Shown in pieces: positions 13,350 through 25,523 of a DNA stretch of 64,000 bases (position 1 is the first letter of the stretch; each line of letters opens with the position of its first letter). Below the pieces are notes generated by a model. That model saw only the letters and a program-made list of their open reading frames with translations, was not told the origin of the DNA and did no database searches. The translations under genes and the position numbers were made by a program. The DNA is from Lama guanicoe (taxonomy: Eukaryota): contig MU053652.1 of assembly GCA_013239625.1 (NCBI GenBank), forward strand, positions 3,895,902 to 3,959,901, written 5' to 3'.

Positions 13350-13450
13350 ACGTTACCATTTTTGTCCTTTTCCATTTTCAAATAGGGAAAAAGTCCCAGT
13401 GAGGATAAGTGACTTGCCTGCCCAAAATCTGATAGTGAGTCCTTAGAACC
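13350..13450 (-). mobile_element. MIR fragment
   Basis: TCCATTTTCAAATAGGGAAAAAGTCCCAGTGAGGATAAGTGACTTGCC core. Confidence 0.6.
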
Positions 13451-15234
13451 ATAATTATATTATTTATATTTATGTTTATTTTTTCTGATTATGAAAGTTA
13501 ATGTATTTCATTAAGAATAATCTGAAAAATAAAGAAAGCTATAAGAAAGAAAATGAAAATCACCTATATGCTTATAACCAAAGATAACCACTGACTTTGG
13601 GGGCTTTTTGTTTCTTTCTAAAAATTTTCACGACAAAAATAATACATTTTCAATGTAGAAAAACTTAAAAAATATAGAGACAAAAATTAAGGAAGAAAGA
13701 CAAAAATTTTAATACTCAGTCACATAATTGGTGATACTGGAATTGTTTCTTCTTTTGACTTAGTTCCTGAGGCCAGTTTTGGATCAACAGACTAGTTCTA
13801 TGATGGCGTTTTTATGTAGCAAACCTTGGTTAGTTCTTTAATTTGTGACTATTTTTATATGAAAGCTCTATTATTAAAAACTTTACTTCATAATTGTTTT
13901 ATGAAAGACAAAGGACCAAAAAAAGGTGAATAAACAAAGTACTCCAGTTCTACTCAGGAATCTTCTTCACAGATTTAGTGAATGTAAAGATAATCCACAA
14001 ACACAAGTCAAATTGCAAGTTACATAACACAAATTTTCTTAAGATTACCCAATATGTTTATTCATGTAATTCTTGTATTTGCCAATACTTTTACAGGGTA
14101 TCCTATGAAACACTGCCAAGTGGCATTAATTACAGAAAAAAATCATGAGTTACGAGCAAATATATTTATAAAAACAAGCTAATCAAACTCATAAGTTACT
14201 GAAACATCATTAACTCAATTAGCAAGACATTAAAAAATACTCATTTTAATCTCGTTTTAAAATGTCTACCTTCTATACATTTGGTAATGCACATAAAGTT
14301 AGTACAATAATAGGAACATCATTTAGAAATAAATGGGATTCAGAATGTGTGCTCAAACTTTTATTTGTAAGAGTGACAACAAAAGTTGGAGGTCATTACC
14401 CAGAACCCAGGGCCCAGCTGACCAAACTGGAATCTTAATTTAATTTCAAAGATCCAAAGATTACAAGAAGTAAAAATGACCAATTATCTAAAACTTCAGA
14501 ATAAAATATTCTGAGAATCAAGTAAGTTCTACTATGAAACATTATTAAATAATTTGTTTAAATTTCCAGATTTTATCAATGGCTTAAGAAATGTGAATAC
14601 TAGCTATTTGTTACCATTACACTATCTTAGATCTCAAAACATTCCATAATTGTCATATTTCAGGAAGACCCTATAAAATAAGCCAATGGTATTTTCATTT
14701 CACGGGCAGAAAAATTAAGCAAGGAAAGTGAATGTCTTGTCTCAGATCACTAGATTGAAATGCATGCATTTTAGAAGTTTTTCAAAGTGTACATAAGCAA
14801 CTACAAACTTAAAAATGAATTTGAGTGCAATCTATGAACCGTTCAGCTTTCTTTCAAAGCTTACTTTCTCTTTAAAACAATAGTAATTTAATCCCCCAAC
14901 AAAGCCTATCGTATATAGTGCATGAACAGTTATATACAGTACAAGTTTGAGCCCTGGAGTAGAAAAAAGCAACGAATCCAGATGATTTGGCAAAACTCTG
15001 AAACTAGTTAAGCTTTGCTTTGGCATTTCTCCCATCTTCCTTCTGATGCTCCTCCTATCCCTGTCTTCTAAAGGTACTTTATATCTTCCCAAAGTTCCTC
15101 AACTCAGGGTATCTACTCACATTTTCTTTCCCTTGCTCAGTCTATTCCAGTCAGGATAACTAATTTTATCCAACTAACACAACCAACAACTGACTTTAAT
15201 CATTAACATTACCAAAAAGGCCCTTGACTTTCCT

Positions 15235-15400
15235 GTCAAGAACCCTTTGAGAATCTCATAAAAGTTTCAGACCCTCTCCTCAGAAAAATCACATAGACAC
15301 ACACAATATTTCTCAACCAATTTCAAGAGATTCAGGGTCACACAGCCAAAATATATCCACTGAACCTCAGAACTATAAAATCCAGGTTAGAAAATCCTGC
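15235..15400. mobile_element. Ancient hAT-Charlie-type MITE
   Basis: CCCTTTGAGAATCTCATAAAAG...GACCCTCTCCTCAGAAAAAT...CCAGGTTAGAAAATCCTG terminus; subfamily not assigned. Confidence 0.6.
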
Positions 15401-15475
15401 GCTTAACATATAAATGTCATAAAACCTCAGAATCCTTCTAAAGGAATTCGCATTTCAAGAGACCTACATATACGC

Positions 15476-15540
15476 TCTCTCTCTATATATATATATATAC
15501 ATACACATATACATATACACACACACTATACTATATATAC
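15476..15540. repeat. Compound (TC)/(TA)/(CA) microsatellite
   Basis: CTCTCTCTCTATATATATATATATACATACACATAT... read directly. Confidence 0.9.
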
Positions 15541-15899
15541 TCAAATACATAAACTCCAATTGTTAAAATTTAAGTCACCGCCCAGTTTTTATGCTGTAAT
15601 TCTTGTAAGAGAAAGTCACAGGACCCACTTCTAAGCACAGGCCATCTATTAAATTGGGTTTTATAGGCCTTATCCCTATATTCAATAATACTCTAGAAAT
15701 CTATTGTGTTTAATTATGATGATTCCTGGCAAAACAATACATGCATACACACACACATTCAGAAAACTGATCTCCTAATTGGCTACTCCAGTTTTTATCC
15801 CAATGAGCTCTGTATTAATTCATACTGCTAAATTCCTTGTTAAAATTCTTTTAATCTCTACCCTCAGCATCTTCAACCCTACACCATTTATCTTATCTC

Positions 15900-16660
15900 T
15901 TCAGCCATTCTTTTTCAACTTCCTTCACAGGCCTCTCTTCCACTTGACCCTCAGATGTAGATACTACCCAAGGTTGCCCTTAGTTGTTTCCTCACTCTTG
16001 ACATTATACTCTTGCAGATTCTATATGACATTATGCTAATAAATACAAATCTCCTAATAGATTCCCACTTCCCCTATAGCTCCAGTCCAAATCTTCAGGT
16101 ACCCACCTATTCAACATACCTTGATTCCCATGCCCAGAACCATACCCTCTTATCTTCCTCATCAAATTCTGTTCTCCCTATACATTCCCTACCTTAAAGG
16201 CATCATCACCCACTAACCAACCAACTATAATTTTTAACTCCCCGATGCTTATCCCAAACAGACCACAATCTCATCAACTTCATTTTCCACTACTCCCCAA
16301 GTACAGAAAAATCTACTTGCTATTTCTCAAATCAGACTAGCAATGCCTTTCATCTATCCTCTTCTTTTCCATCAGTAAAACAGCTACCCATCCTTCCAAA
16401 GTCCTACTTAGGCATCCACTACATGAAAAATCTGTCCTAACTTCATTTATTCTCCCTGTATCACTCACCCCTGCCCCAGAAGAAATTCCTCCCTCCTTCT
16501 ATAATGCCGCACCATTCTTTCTTTTAGTTCTCAACAAATCGTATTATTTTAGTTGCACCTTTACCTTTCTCCCCTATAGACAAGGCCCATGATTACTCTT
16601 GCACCCAGCACACGCCTGGAACATAGTATGTCTTTAATCAATGGTTTGGAATGAGTGGTA
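15900..16660 (+). mobile_element. L2 LINE fragments
   Basis: Pyrimidine-rich L2-like sequence ending CCCAGCACACGCCTGGAACATAGTATGTCTTTAATCAATGGTTTGGAATGA. Confidence 0.65.
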
Positions 16661-19600
16661 AAGCTCCAAAGTGAGGACACAAGGTTATTTCTCAGTGGAT
16701 GTACGTCTCATCCTCTTTTGAACATAAAACAAGAATTAAGTCCCCTAGTCCCTAGCTCCCCATTTCTAGTTTACTGCTTAGTTTTAAGCAATGTTTCATG
16801 GGGACATTTCCTCACTTCCTCTTGTTCTTTGTAGGTTTAGCTGCCAGCCTAAAACCACATTAGCATTCAGTAGCAGCAACAAAACAGACTCTCCAAGTTC
16901 TAAAAAGCAAAGATTTTACAATTACCAACAGCAAAATACAAACTCTTATTTAAAAAAATGGTCTTAAGATTTATGCATACAAAGTTCATTCTTCATGATG
17001 ATTCTGAAAAAGACTTGGCATAGTTGATATTTAACGGGCACCAATGAAGAGTCCTTAAGAAAATGTCCACTTAAACTGTTAGCCAAACTTTTAACATTTG
17101 TAACAAAAGAAATCAGCATACATGAACTAATCCATATACTATGCTTGTATACTAAACAATACACTATAAATACTAGACAGTGGAAGTCACCAAACTGATG
17201 ACCTATACAAAAGTAGCTCTTTCAGCTTCTTTTAAAAATACTACACCTCCAAAATTCCTGTGATCATCCCCATCTATAGAATTAGATTATTTCACCAGCA
17301 TCATTTACTCTTTCCTCCTCTCCTCCCCACCAACTCTCCCCCAGCACACATACACGCCTCTCTTAATAGACATGGCTAGTAAGAAATTATCTGATGGCTC
17401 AGTAGCAGTTTGACAAAGCAGGCTACCAGGTCTGGGTTTCTTAAGATTGCTTTTGGTCAGTTTATTTTCTAAGTGACTGCTGCTAATGATACAATATAGA
17501 TTGGCCTCAAGGGATCACAACTGTGGTGGGCCTTCCTTAACTGCCCCTAGTGTTTTGGGTTGTTTGTTTGGCTTGTTGGTTGGTTGGTCTTCTTAAAATA
17601 TCCTAGGATATCGCTATTAAGTTGTATTTCTGATTTTTCTTCAGTTCATATAAATGTTCGCATTTTAGGACATTTTAGGAGTAAAGACCACATGATGAAA
17701 TCTTTTTGAAGCTTCCATAACTAAACTGCAGAGTGAGGTTGAAAACATATTAGCCTAACTATGAATCACACTGCAGAAAAAAAATATATACTCCAAGGTT
17801 TCCATAATCCATTTATTTTCCTTGAGCAGTCAAATATTCTTTTCATTTTCCAAGTTTTGTCCATATTACGTTGAAATAACTTCAGACAAAGCATTTTTGT
17901 TGCTCCAGGATTAAAAGTTTCCAATAGCTCAATGTGGTTGTAATCTTCTGGAAACACCTGAAGTTGATTTGTTTCACCTCCTTTACTATTTCTCTGCCAG
18001 CCTGTTCTCCTTACTAAAATACTGATGGATAAAAGTACTAACTGAAAAGCCAAAAAAGCGGATAATCCACTCCTGAGTTAATAAGTAAGGAACTATATGA
18101 CACATAATGCTCAAAAATTAACATGTATCCAGAGCCTAAAAAAATACTGATTGGACTTGGTCTAAATAAAATGTTTCTAAAATAAATTTAACAAGTGGGT
18201 TTCTTTTTCATTGTTCTTTTACTAAGCATCCATAGAAAACTGTGTTTAGATTAAGTTCAGGCTGGAAACACTAGCTTTAGCTCTCAAGGAAAACGTGAAA
18301 TAACAGAGAAAATGTCCTTTAGTATATTTTCCAAAATGTTTTTTATAAAACCAAAGATTGATATTTATCTGTAAGACTGCTTTACCAAATATATGTATTA
18401 ATAAGCATCACACATAGTCACACATAAACATCTAAATTCAAATATCGAATTCCCTGAATTACAGCCCCAGAGAGAATACGTGGAAACTCTTGAGGTTTAG
18501 AGTAGACACTTCTGAGACTCAACAACCCACAGAACACCCCCTCTACCCTCCAACTTTTCAGAGTGGCACTGAGTAGATGAATAAACCCACTGCAGCATGA
18601 AGCACTGGGCTTGCCTAAAGATACTGACAGAAACTGAACGTATGCAGTAACTTCCTGTTCTCCAGAGACTGGAGAGTGTGCTTCTGAAAGCTGAAAGTTT
18701 ACAGTGCTTCCAGAAACCAAAAAAATTCAGCATGCCTTTTCAAACACTTCTGAAAAAAATTTTAATTTCAATAATTACTGTTCATCATCATTATATCATT
18801 ATTTCCCAAAAGACATTCACTGAATGCCTTATATTACATATAAGGAAAGAGGTATAAAAAATTTTATCCCAGATTGCAAGAAGTTTAAATTTCCCTTAAA
18901 AGGCACTCATTTTTTATTATTTCCCATAATATATGTCTTGAAGACAGTCTGCTTAAAACTATAATGTACAGGCAATGAAAATGCAGATACTTAAATTATA
19001 GGAAGTTGGTCTTTAGCTCCCGGAGAAAATTAAAGATGGATACCTAATTGTGATTTAATAAAACCTAAAAACCCTACAATTTTGGGTTCCACTGGAATAT
19101 ACATGAATTGGGAGGGAAACCTGAAATTCTTTCTCCTTTAATTCCCTCTATATCTGGACAAGGGCTCTCATTATCTCTTACTCCTATAGTTACTTCCCTA
19201 AATCCAGGAGCTGAATTTCCTTAAAACTTGATAAGAAAACTATTTCCATGAGAAAGCCTGGCTTGGAGATAAGAAACCTTTTTTTTTCCCCATAAGTGAG
19301 AATATGACCACCAACTCCTAAGCAAAAAGTCATTTTCCTCATATATGTTGAGTGTGAGATGGGGGGAGGAGGAAGGCACACAAGATGAAATCAAAGGACT
19401 TCAAATAAGGATGAACCAAAAGATAGCAAACAATAATTCTTATCTGTTTAAATGACACTGTTGAAAGCCAAATCTAACTCTTATTAGAAGAAAAACAGTC
19501 CCACAAAAATTATGCACATAATTCCAGACCCAAGTTAAGAGTAAGTATACTACATTACACATGATAATTGTAATGCTCACAAAATAAGGAAATTACACTC

Positions 19601-21246
19601 ACATGCAGATAGAATCAGTTATATTTTCACCACCTATGGGATAACACATCAAGAACTTTCAAACACAATTCTACGGAGTCAGGCTACTACTGAATTAAGG
19701 GAAGGAAAAAAACCACAGCAACTCCAAGGTCCTCCCAGCCTTCCCTTTAGTGAGGAACCCAATAACTTACTGTTCAAGGCCAAAGGAAAGGGAATTTTTT
19801 TTAAAGGCTGGGTCGAGGTGAGATGGGAAAAGGATCACCGTGAGCTGTGACCGCAGATGATGCCCTGGGACAAAACGTGTGACATGTGCATACCCATTCT
19901 CCTGAAGAGCACTGTCCAAGCTGACAGGCTCACATGAATTTTCACCTAAAGATTTTTCCAATACATTGTCTCTACATACTTAAGAAAATGTGAACTTTGC
20001 TCTAACCACAGAAAGAATTAAGCACAACTGACACCAGCTCTAAAGTAAGCAATTAATATATTCTAATCTAACATTTCAAAAGGGATGGAGACCAGGAAAC
20101 AGCTCCTCCAACCGGATGGACCAGATATCATTTGACATCCTAAAAATATTAAGATTTTTCAACAACTTCAAGTTCTGCTGGACACAGAAGCACTGTCGAA
20201 ACTTTGGTACCAGCAGCAATAACACAACAGGTGACAGAGGCGGTGTACATCATTGCAGGGTAAAGAGGAAAACATGCAAGGGCAAACCCTTGAGTTCTCC
20301 AAAAAGGCTAGGGATGTGGGATAATTAATACCCACGCACAAGGCCATCCAGAGCCCCTGCCTTTCCAGTGGCAAAGGTTCGGTTCCTTCCCCGGGTCGCG
20401 CCACTTCCCCTGTCCCTCACCCAAGGGACCACCACCCCAAGCACAGGATGAACCGAGGCCCCTCCACCGGCAGCATCTCAGCTGGGGAAGAAAACACAAT
20501 GTCGCTCCTTATTTCTGCGTACAAAAGGACTTTGCGCCCTCCTCCTCGAGCTGCCGCTGCTGCCGCCGGAGCCGCCTCCTAACTTGCAAGAAGGTGGGCA
20601 ACGCGCCATATTCCAGAGTCCCCCAGTCTACCTGGGTAACAAGCCCACGCCACCCCGGCGGGAGGGAAGCTTCGGAGGTCGCCCAAAGAGCCAGCCTCCT
20701 CTCCCGCAGGAGACAGGGGCTCCCGCGCCCCGGCCCAGCCCGCCGCGCCGCGCCGCGCCGGCCGCCCGCGGACCAGACCCGGGAAGGGCCGAGGAGGCGA
20801 GCTGGGAGCCGCGGCTCCGGTCCCGCGCAGCCCGCCCACCTCCCGCTCCCAGGCCGGCGCGCTCTCCCAGGCCTCCAACTCCCGAACCCGCGGGAAGACC
20901 AGGCCTGGGCCCCGGGTTCCACCGCGGAGAGGAGGCCGCGGCCCCGAGAGCCTCAGGCGGCGGGGGAGGCCGGAACCCTGGGGCTCTCGGGAGGGCAGCG
21001 CCTCCCTCCCGAGCCCGCCAGGACGCCTGGGGCCTAGTGCGGCCTGCGCATCCTCGGGGTGGCGGTTTGACTGGGCCGGGCTGGGGCCCCCCGCCCGAGG
21101 CTGGCCGAATCCGGCGGGGGCCCAGGCCCGGAGCCGGGGGCGGCAGGGTGCCGGCTGCGGGGCGGGCCGGTCGGCCGGCGGGCGGGCGGCGTGTTGCGGC
21201 TGCGCCGGGGCTGAAATAGCTGGAGATTGCGCGGTAGGGCACTCAC

Positions 21247-21450
21247 CTCAGAGCGGCTGCGCTACCGTGGGCCTGCGCCGTGGAGACTGCGACCGCGCCG
21301 GCTCCTCGCAGCCTCCTGCCACCAGCGGCAATGGCGAGCGCTGCCGCCTAAGCCGCCGCCGCCGCCGCCGAGGAGGGGGAGGGGAGGGAGAGGAGGCACG
21401 CACGCGACGCACGGGCTCAGCTTCCCCGCCCGGCCGCCGCCATGATGGGG
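21247..21450 (-). other. Non-coding first exon (5'UTR) of an unidentified minus-strand gene; TSS approximate
   Basis: Minus strand reads ...CCTCCTCTCCCTCCCCTCCCCCTCCTC(GGC)6TTAGGCGGCAGCGCTCGCCATTGCC...GCAGCCGCTCTGAG|GTGAGT, a consensus U2 donor inside the island. No ATG-initiated frame is open across the donor. Confidence 0.8.
21352..21369 (-). repeat. (GGC)6 trinucleotide run in the 5'UTR
   Basis: GCC x6 on the + strand. Confidence 0.9.
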
Positions 21451-21859
21451 AGGTCGGCTCTGCCTCGGCGGGGCAACCCGGAGAGGGCTCGGGCTCGAAA
21501 CCCCTCCGCCCCCCGCGGCCCCCCGCGCGTTCACATTTCGCTTCAGAGGTTTGGATGGGGCCAGAATCACGGAAGCAACTGTATTAGTCAAATATGGACG
21601 CCCCGGAGAAGTAACGCAGGCGGTCCAAGATGGTTGCTAATCTGGAAATAATCACATTTTTCGCCCCCCAACCGGGGAATTAGGGCCTCCTGAGTTGCCT
21701 AGACAATCGGCGAGGGGCTTCCCAGCCTTTTCCTCCGCGCTGCTTTGCCAATCGCAACCTCACCCTCTTTTTGGAATGACCTTTGCTTCCTTGTTTCAAA
21801 CCCTGCTCGCGCGTTTAAAAGCAAAAGTTTTTGTACAACGCAATATATATTAATTTTTT

Positions 21860-22000
21860 CGCTCATACATTCGTTCGGCGAACATTTCCAGAGGGCCCTT
21901 GGTGTGCCAGATACTGTTCTGGGCACGCTGGAGATGCACCTGTTAGAAAGAGCAAGTGCTCGCTCTCGGAGCTTAAACGATGAGTGGAGGGAGTCAGAAG
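21860..22000 (-). mobile_element. L2 3'-end fragment
   Basis: CATACATTCGTTCGGCGAACATTT...GTGTGCCAGATACTGTTCTGGGCAC. Confidence 0.6.
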
Positions 22001-22094
22001 CATTAGGGACCCCCCAAGAAAGTGCCTGAAAAATAGGGAGGGATGGAGACTAGAAAAACTGTGAGAGACACAGGAGAGGCAGTTTTTGTTGTTC

Positions 22095-22307
22095 TTTGTT
22101 TTTTAAATTGTGATCAGGTAACTACCTGCATCAGAGTCACTCTGGCTGATTATTTAAATCTTGGGGTCCCAATGGTGTCTCCACAATCTTGGCTTCTTAG
22201 CCCAGGAACCCGCATTTTTAACACCCTCCTCATCCCAGCCCCGCCCCATACACACACATTTTCCTGGTGATTGATTGTCATGCATATCATAATTTAAGAA
22301 CCACTGC
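22095..22307. mobile_element. MER5-type hAT-Charlie MITE
   Basis: ACCTGCATCAGAGTCAC...GCCCAGGAACCCGCATTTTAACA...TTTAAGAACCACTG. Confidence 0.75.
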
Positions 22308-22399
22308 TTTAGGGAATTACTAAATATCCCAAAGGGTGTTATAAAACAGCTTAACCAAATCAGGATACTTTAATTTTCAACAAGATTCTATCTACCTAA

Positions 22400-23050
22400 A
22401 AATTCAACACAATTTAAAATGGGATGTCTTTTTATCCAGCATTTCTGAGAAAGTGAGTTAGTGTCACCACCTACCACCCAGGTGCTCAAACCAGAAACCT
22501 AGGACTGCTACATCTCTCCTTTCTCCCTTGAATGCCCTTATCCAGTTAGATCTTTTAAAACAGTTATTGCCTGTCATTTTAACCTTGGTCCAGGTGATGA
22601 TCATCTCTGATCAAGATACTGCAATAGACTCTTCATGGTCTGCATGCCACAGGAATTGCCCTCTCCAATGCATTCGCCACCCTCTGCCTTGAATGGTCTC
22701 TCAAAAAAAGTAAATCTTGTCATTGCTCTGCTTAACAGGCTTAATAAGATCCCATTACACATAAGTTAAGGTCTAAAATACTTTGAGGTACCTTCAGGGC
22801 CCTTTATAATCTTACCCCCTTACTACCATCTCTAACCTCGTCTGTCACAGACTTCCTCAGGCTTTAACCAAGCTGGGAAGCTCTCAGGTCATACGAGACA
22901 GGAAGTTCTTCCACCTCACAACCACTGTACCAGCTGCTCTCTCTGTACAGAACTTCCCTCTGGAGTCTTCCTATTCATCTTCTTAAACCTGCCCCTGAAT
23001 AATTCCTATTACTCCTCCTCCAGGAAACATCCCCTCATTTCCCCCTTCCA
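22400..23050 (+). mobile_element. L2 fragment
   Basis: CACCTACCACCCAGGTGCTCAAACCAGAAACCTAGG; TACTGCAATAGACTC; CCTCCAGGAAACATCCC. Confidence 0.7.
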
Positions 23051-23069
23051 TCATCACACCCAGTACTTA

Positions 23070-23310
23070 CCACTTATGTTTATTGAGCCCTCAAGATATG
23101 TCAGGCCCTATTTTAAGTTCTTTACACATAGTATCTTCTTTCTTATTTAATTCTCAAGTGGCCTCCATGAGAATTACTCCATACTATTACTATAATCTCA
23201 TTTTGCTGATGGAGAAACAAGGGTATGTAGAGATTGCTTGCTCAAACCCAGACAGTGAAAGATAGAACCAGGTCTGAAAGCCATCAGCCTGACCTCAGAG
23301 TTGTACTCTT
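23070..23310 (-). mobile_element. MIR SINE
   Basis: TTTATTGAGCCCTCAAGATATGTCAGGC...CTCATTTTGCTGATGGAGAAAC. Confidence 0.65.
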
Positions 23311-23553
23311 ATCCAGATTGCAGGTTGATACCCACTGATGAAGCACACAATTAACTTAGTGAGTCATGACCAACATGTCATAAAACAAATAGAAAATATC
23401 AGAGAACATCAAATGTAGGAAGACTTGTTTTATGAAACTTTTATTTCAGACATATGCATGAATGTATGTAGGTGTGAATGTTTGTGCTAGGTCATGCTAT
23501 ACAATGCATTTCTTCTTTGGATTACAGTTGCAAAAAAAAGTTTGAAAGCACTA
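23310..23553 (+). mobile_element. hAT-Charlie MITE (Charlie4z-like)
   Basis: ACCCACTGATG...AATTAACTTAGTGAGTCATGACCAACAT...CAAAAAAAAGTTTGAAAGCACT end. Confidence 0.55.
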
Positions 23554-23742
23554 CATCACTCTTTCTATACAGTACTTTTCCAACCATGTTTCCTCCACAG
23601 TCCAGAAGCTGCAGGAGAGCAAGGATTTTGTCTTGTTCATGACTGTATACCAGCATCTTGTGTAATGCCACCCTCATAGTAGACCTTCAATAAACATATA
23701 ATGAAAGACCTCTGTGTCTGCCCTCCTCAAAAATACAAATTA

Positions 23743-24091
23743 CAGTAGGCCTGTAGCTCTCAGTATCCACGGGGGAGTGCTTCCAGGACCCCACAGATAC
23801 CAATATCCAAAGATGCTCAAGTCCCTTATGAGTGTTTGTATACAAATTGTACACATCCTCCCATTCTCCTATATACTTTAAATCATCTCTAGATTACTTA
23901 TAATACCTAATACAATGTAAGTGCTATGTAAATAATTGTAAATACAATGTAAGTGCCATGCAAATAGTTGCCAGTGCCTGACAAATTCGAGTTTTGCTTT
24001 TTGGAACTTTCTGCAATTTTTTTTCAAATATTTTCCATCTACCATTGGTTAAATCCACCAATGCGCAACCTGTGAATATAGAGGGCCACTG
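23743..24091 (-). mobile_element. MER2-like TcMar-Tigger MITE
   Basis: TA-CAGTAGGCC...CAGTATCCACGGGGG...TCCAGGACCCC...GATGCTCAAGTCCCTTA...GAGGGCCACTG-TA; TA target duplication at both ends. Confidence 0.88.
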
Positions 24092-25229
24092 TAACTGTCT
24101 TAAGACAAGTGAGCCTGGAAACGCGAGTTGCTCTGTCCAAAAGGCTTAAAATGACCTGAAATTCTAAAAGCAGTCTCAGAAAAAACAAAATGCAGAAAAA
24201 TCTACCCAAAGAGATTAAAGAAGCACCAGATTCCAACAAAGTTGCATTGATTGTCTTTAGCCCAAGGGAGCTAGAAACTATAAACAGTATAATGAGGGAA
24301 GAAAATTCCATAAGGTAAGGGGGAGGTAGAAACTGCACTAAGAAAGAAGAGATGACTTGAGATGACATAATCTTGGGGCCCAGATCAAGTTAAAAAGGAA
24401 GACTAGACCCTTGAGAAATGTCTTGGAGCCCAGCAGCTGGGGCAGTGCAAGAGATTCCCAGCTTAGCTTTGCTTTTGATGAGCCTATGGTCATTTGATTG
24501 ACTGGTTGGTTACTTATAAAAAATTACAGTGTGCTAAGTACCAAATGAATAGTGATACACATAGTAAGCAATCACATAATCAGAACTGAAGTTATGTGGG
24601 AAACTTCACAGAGATGAACCTTGATTTAGCCTTGAAGGGTGAGCAAGATTCTTATGAACATAGAGCAGAAAGGTGAAGACAGTCTTAACTGGGATGAGCA
24701 CTGGAGGAGACTGAGCAACAGGACAAGGTCAGAGGTCCCCAAGTGTGTTTAGTAAGTAAAGCAGCCTAGTGGGTCTCAGTTTGAGAAGCCAGAGTTCAGG
24801 CCTGTCTGAGGTACTTTGCTCACTGATGGGTCAGACCCTAGAAGCAACAAATGCCGAGCTGACCTGTAGGAGGGTTTTAGCTACGGAAAATACTTTTCTC
24901 TTCCAGTGTTGCCTGTGTGCCTAGGGGGAGATACTGACAAAGAGAGATGAGCTGAGGCAACTGTTTTCACAGAGGACTCTTCAGGCCCCAGTGATAAACC
25001 ATGGAGTTCCAAGAGCAACAGCTTCCCCATGTCTACCTAGGAATGTGCACAGACCCATAGGGCCAAATGGGAACCCGGCACCATATGAAGAACTTCAAGA
25101 AAGTTTTGCCTCTTTGGGAACATCAAGGGCTGGCCCAGGCAGGGTCTGCTGGCCCCAGAGCTAGCAGCCCCGCACTTTCAGCCCCACTGACAGGTCTCTA
25201 CTGGGGAGGCACATCCCATCATAACTCTG

Positions 25230-25420
25230 AAATTGGAGTCAAATTCCTAGTTCAGAGCCTGGCCATACCACTTCCTACCAGTGAGACTTTGGCAAGTGGC
25301 TTAACACTTTAAGCTTTCTTTTCTTCACCCATGACATGGAAGTTAAGAAAGAATACTCCTAAGGGACTCAAAAGAGCGCGTGGCATCCAGGAAGCACATA
25401 GTAAATGCTGGGTATTATTA
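25230..25420 (+). mobile_element. MIR SINE
   Basis: TGGAGTCAAATTCCTAGTTCAGAGCCTGGC...ACTTTGGCAAGTGGCTTAAC. Confidence 0.65.
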
Positions 25421-25492
25421 GCTCTTCCCAATTACCATTAATCACGTAAATTGCTTGGTACAAAATACAGGTATGATAGATTGTGGCTGTTG

Positions 25493-25523
25493 TGATGGTG
25501 ATGATGGTGATGATGATGATGAT
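25493..25523. repeat. Imperfect (GAT)n microsatellite
   Basis: TGATGGTGATGATGGTGATGATGATGATGAT. Confidence 0.85.

Larger units (their letters stand above)
1..21246 (-). other. Probable intron 1 (partial) of the minus-strand gene driven by the CpG island
   Basis: Starts at the donor GTGAGT (21246-21241). AT-rich with no recognisable coding exon; the + strand looks A/C-rich by eye, as expected for minus-strand transcription. Confidence 0.75.
20380..21970. promoter_or_regulatory. CpG-island promoter
   Basis: Very GC- and CpG-rich block in an AT-rich background. Contains GC boxes, YY1-like CATGGCGGC (minus, ~21436-21444) and CAAGATGG (~21626), CCAAT (~21748) and E2F-like TTTTCGCCC (~21658). Confidence 0.93.

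Noticed and set aside
21247..21450. Assigning a gene symbol (CHD9 came to mind for this 5'UTR exon)
   Set aside because: Unverified recollection, and no coding exon in the window can confirm it; needs BLASTN against RefSeq.
20509..21651. Many overlapping 70-211 aa ORFs on both strands
   Set aside because: Pro/Arg/Gly/Ala-rich low-complexity products, expected from stop-codon depletion in a CpG island; no recognisable domain.
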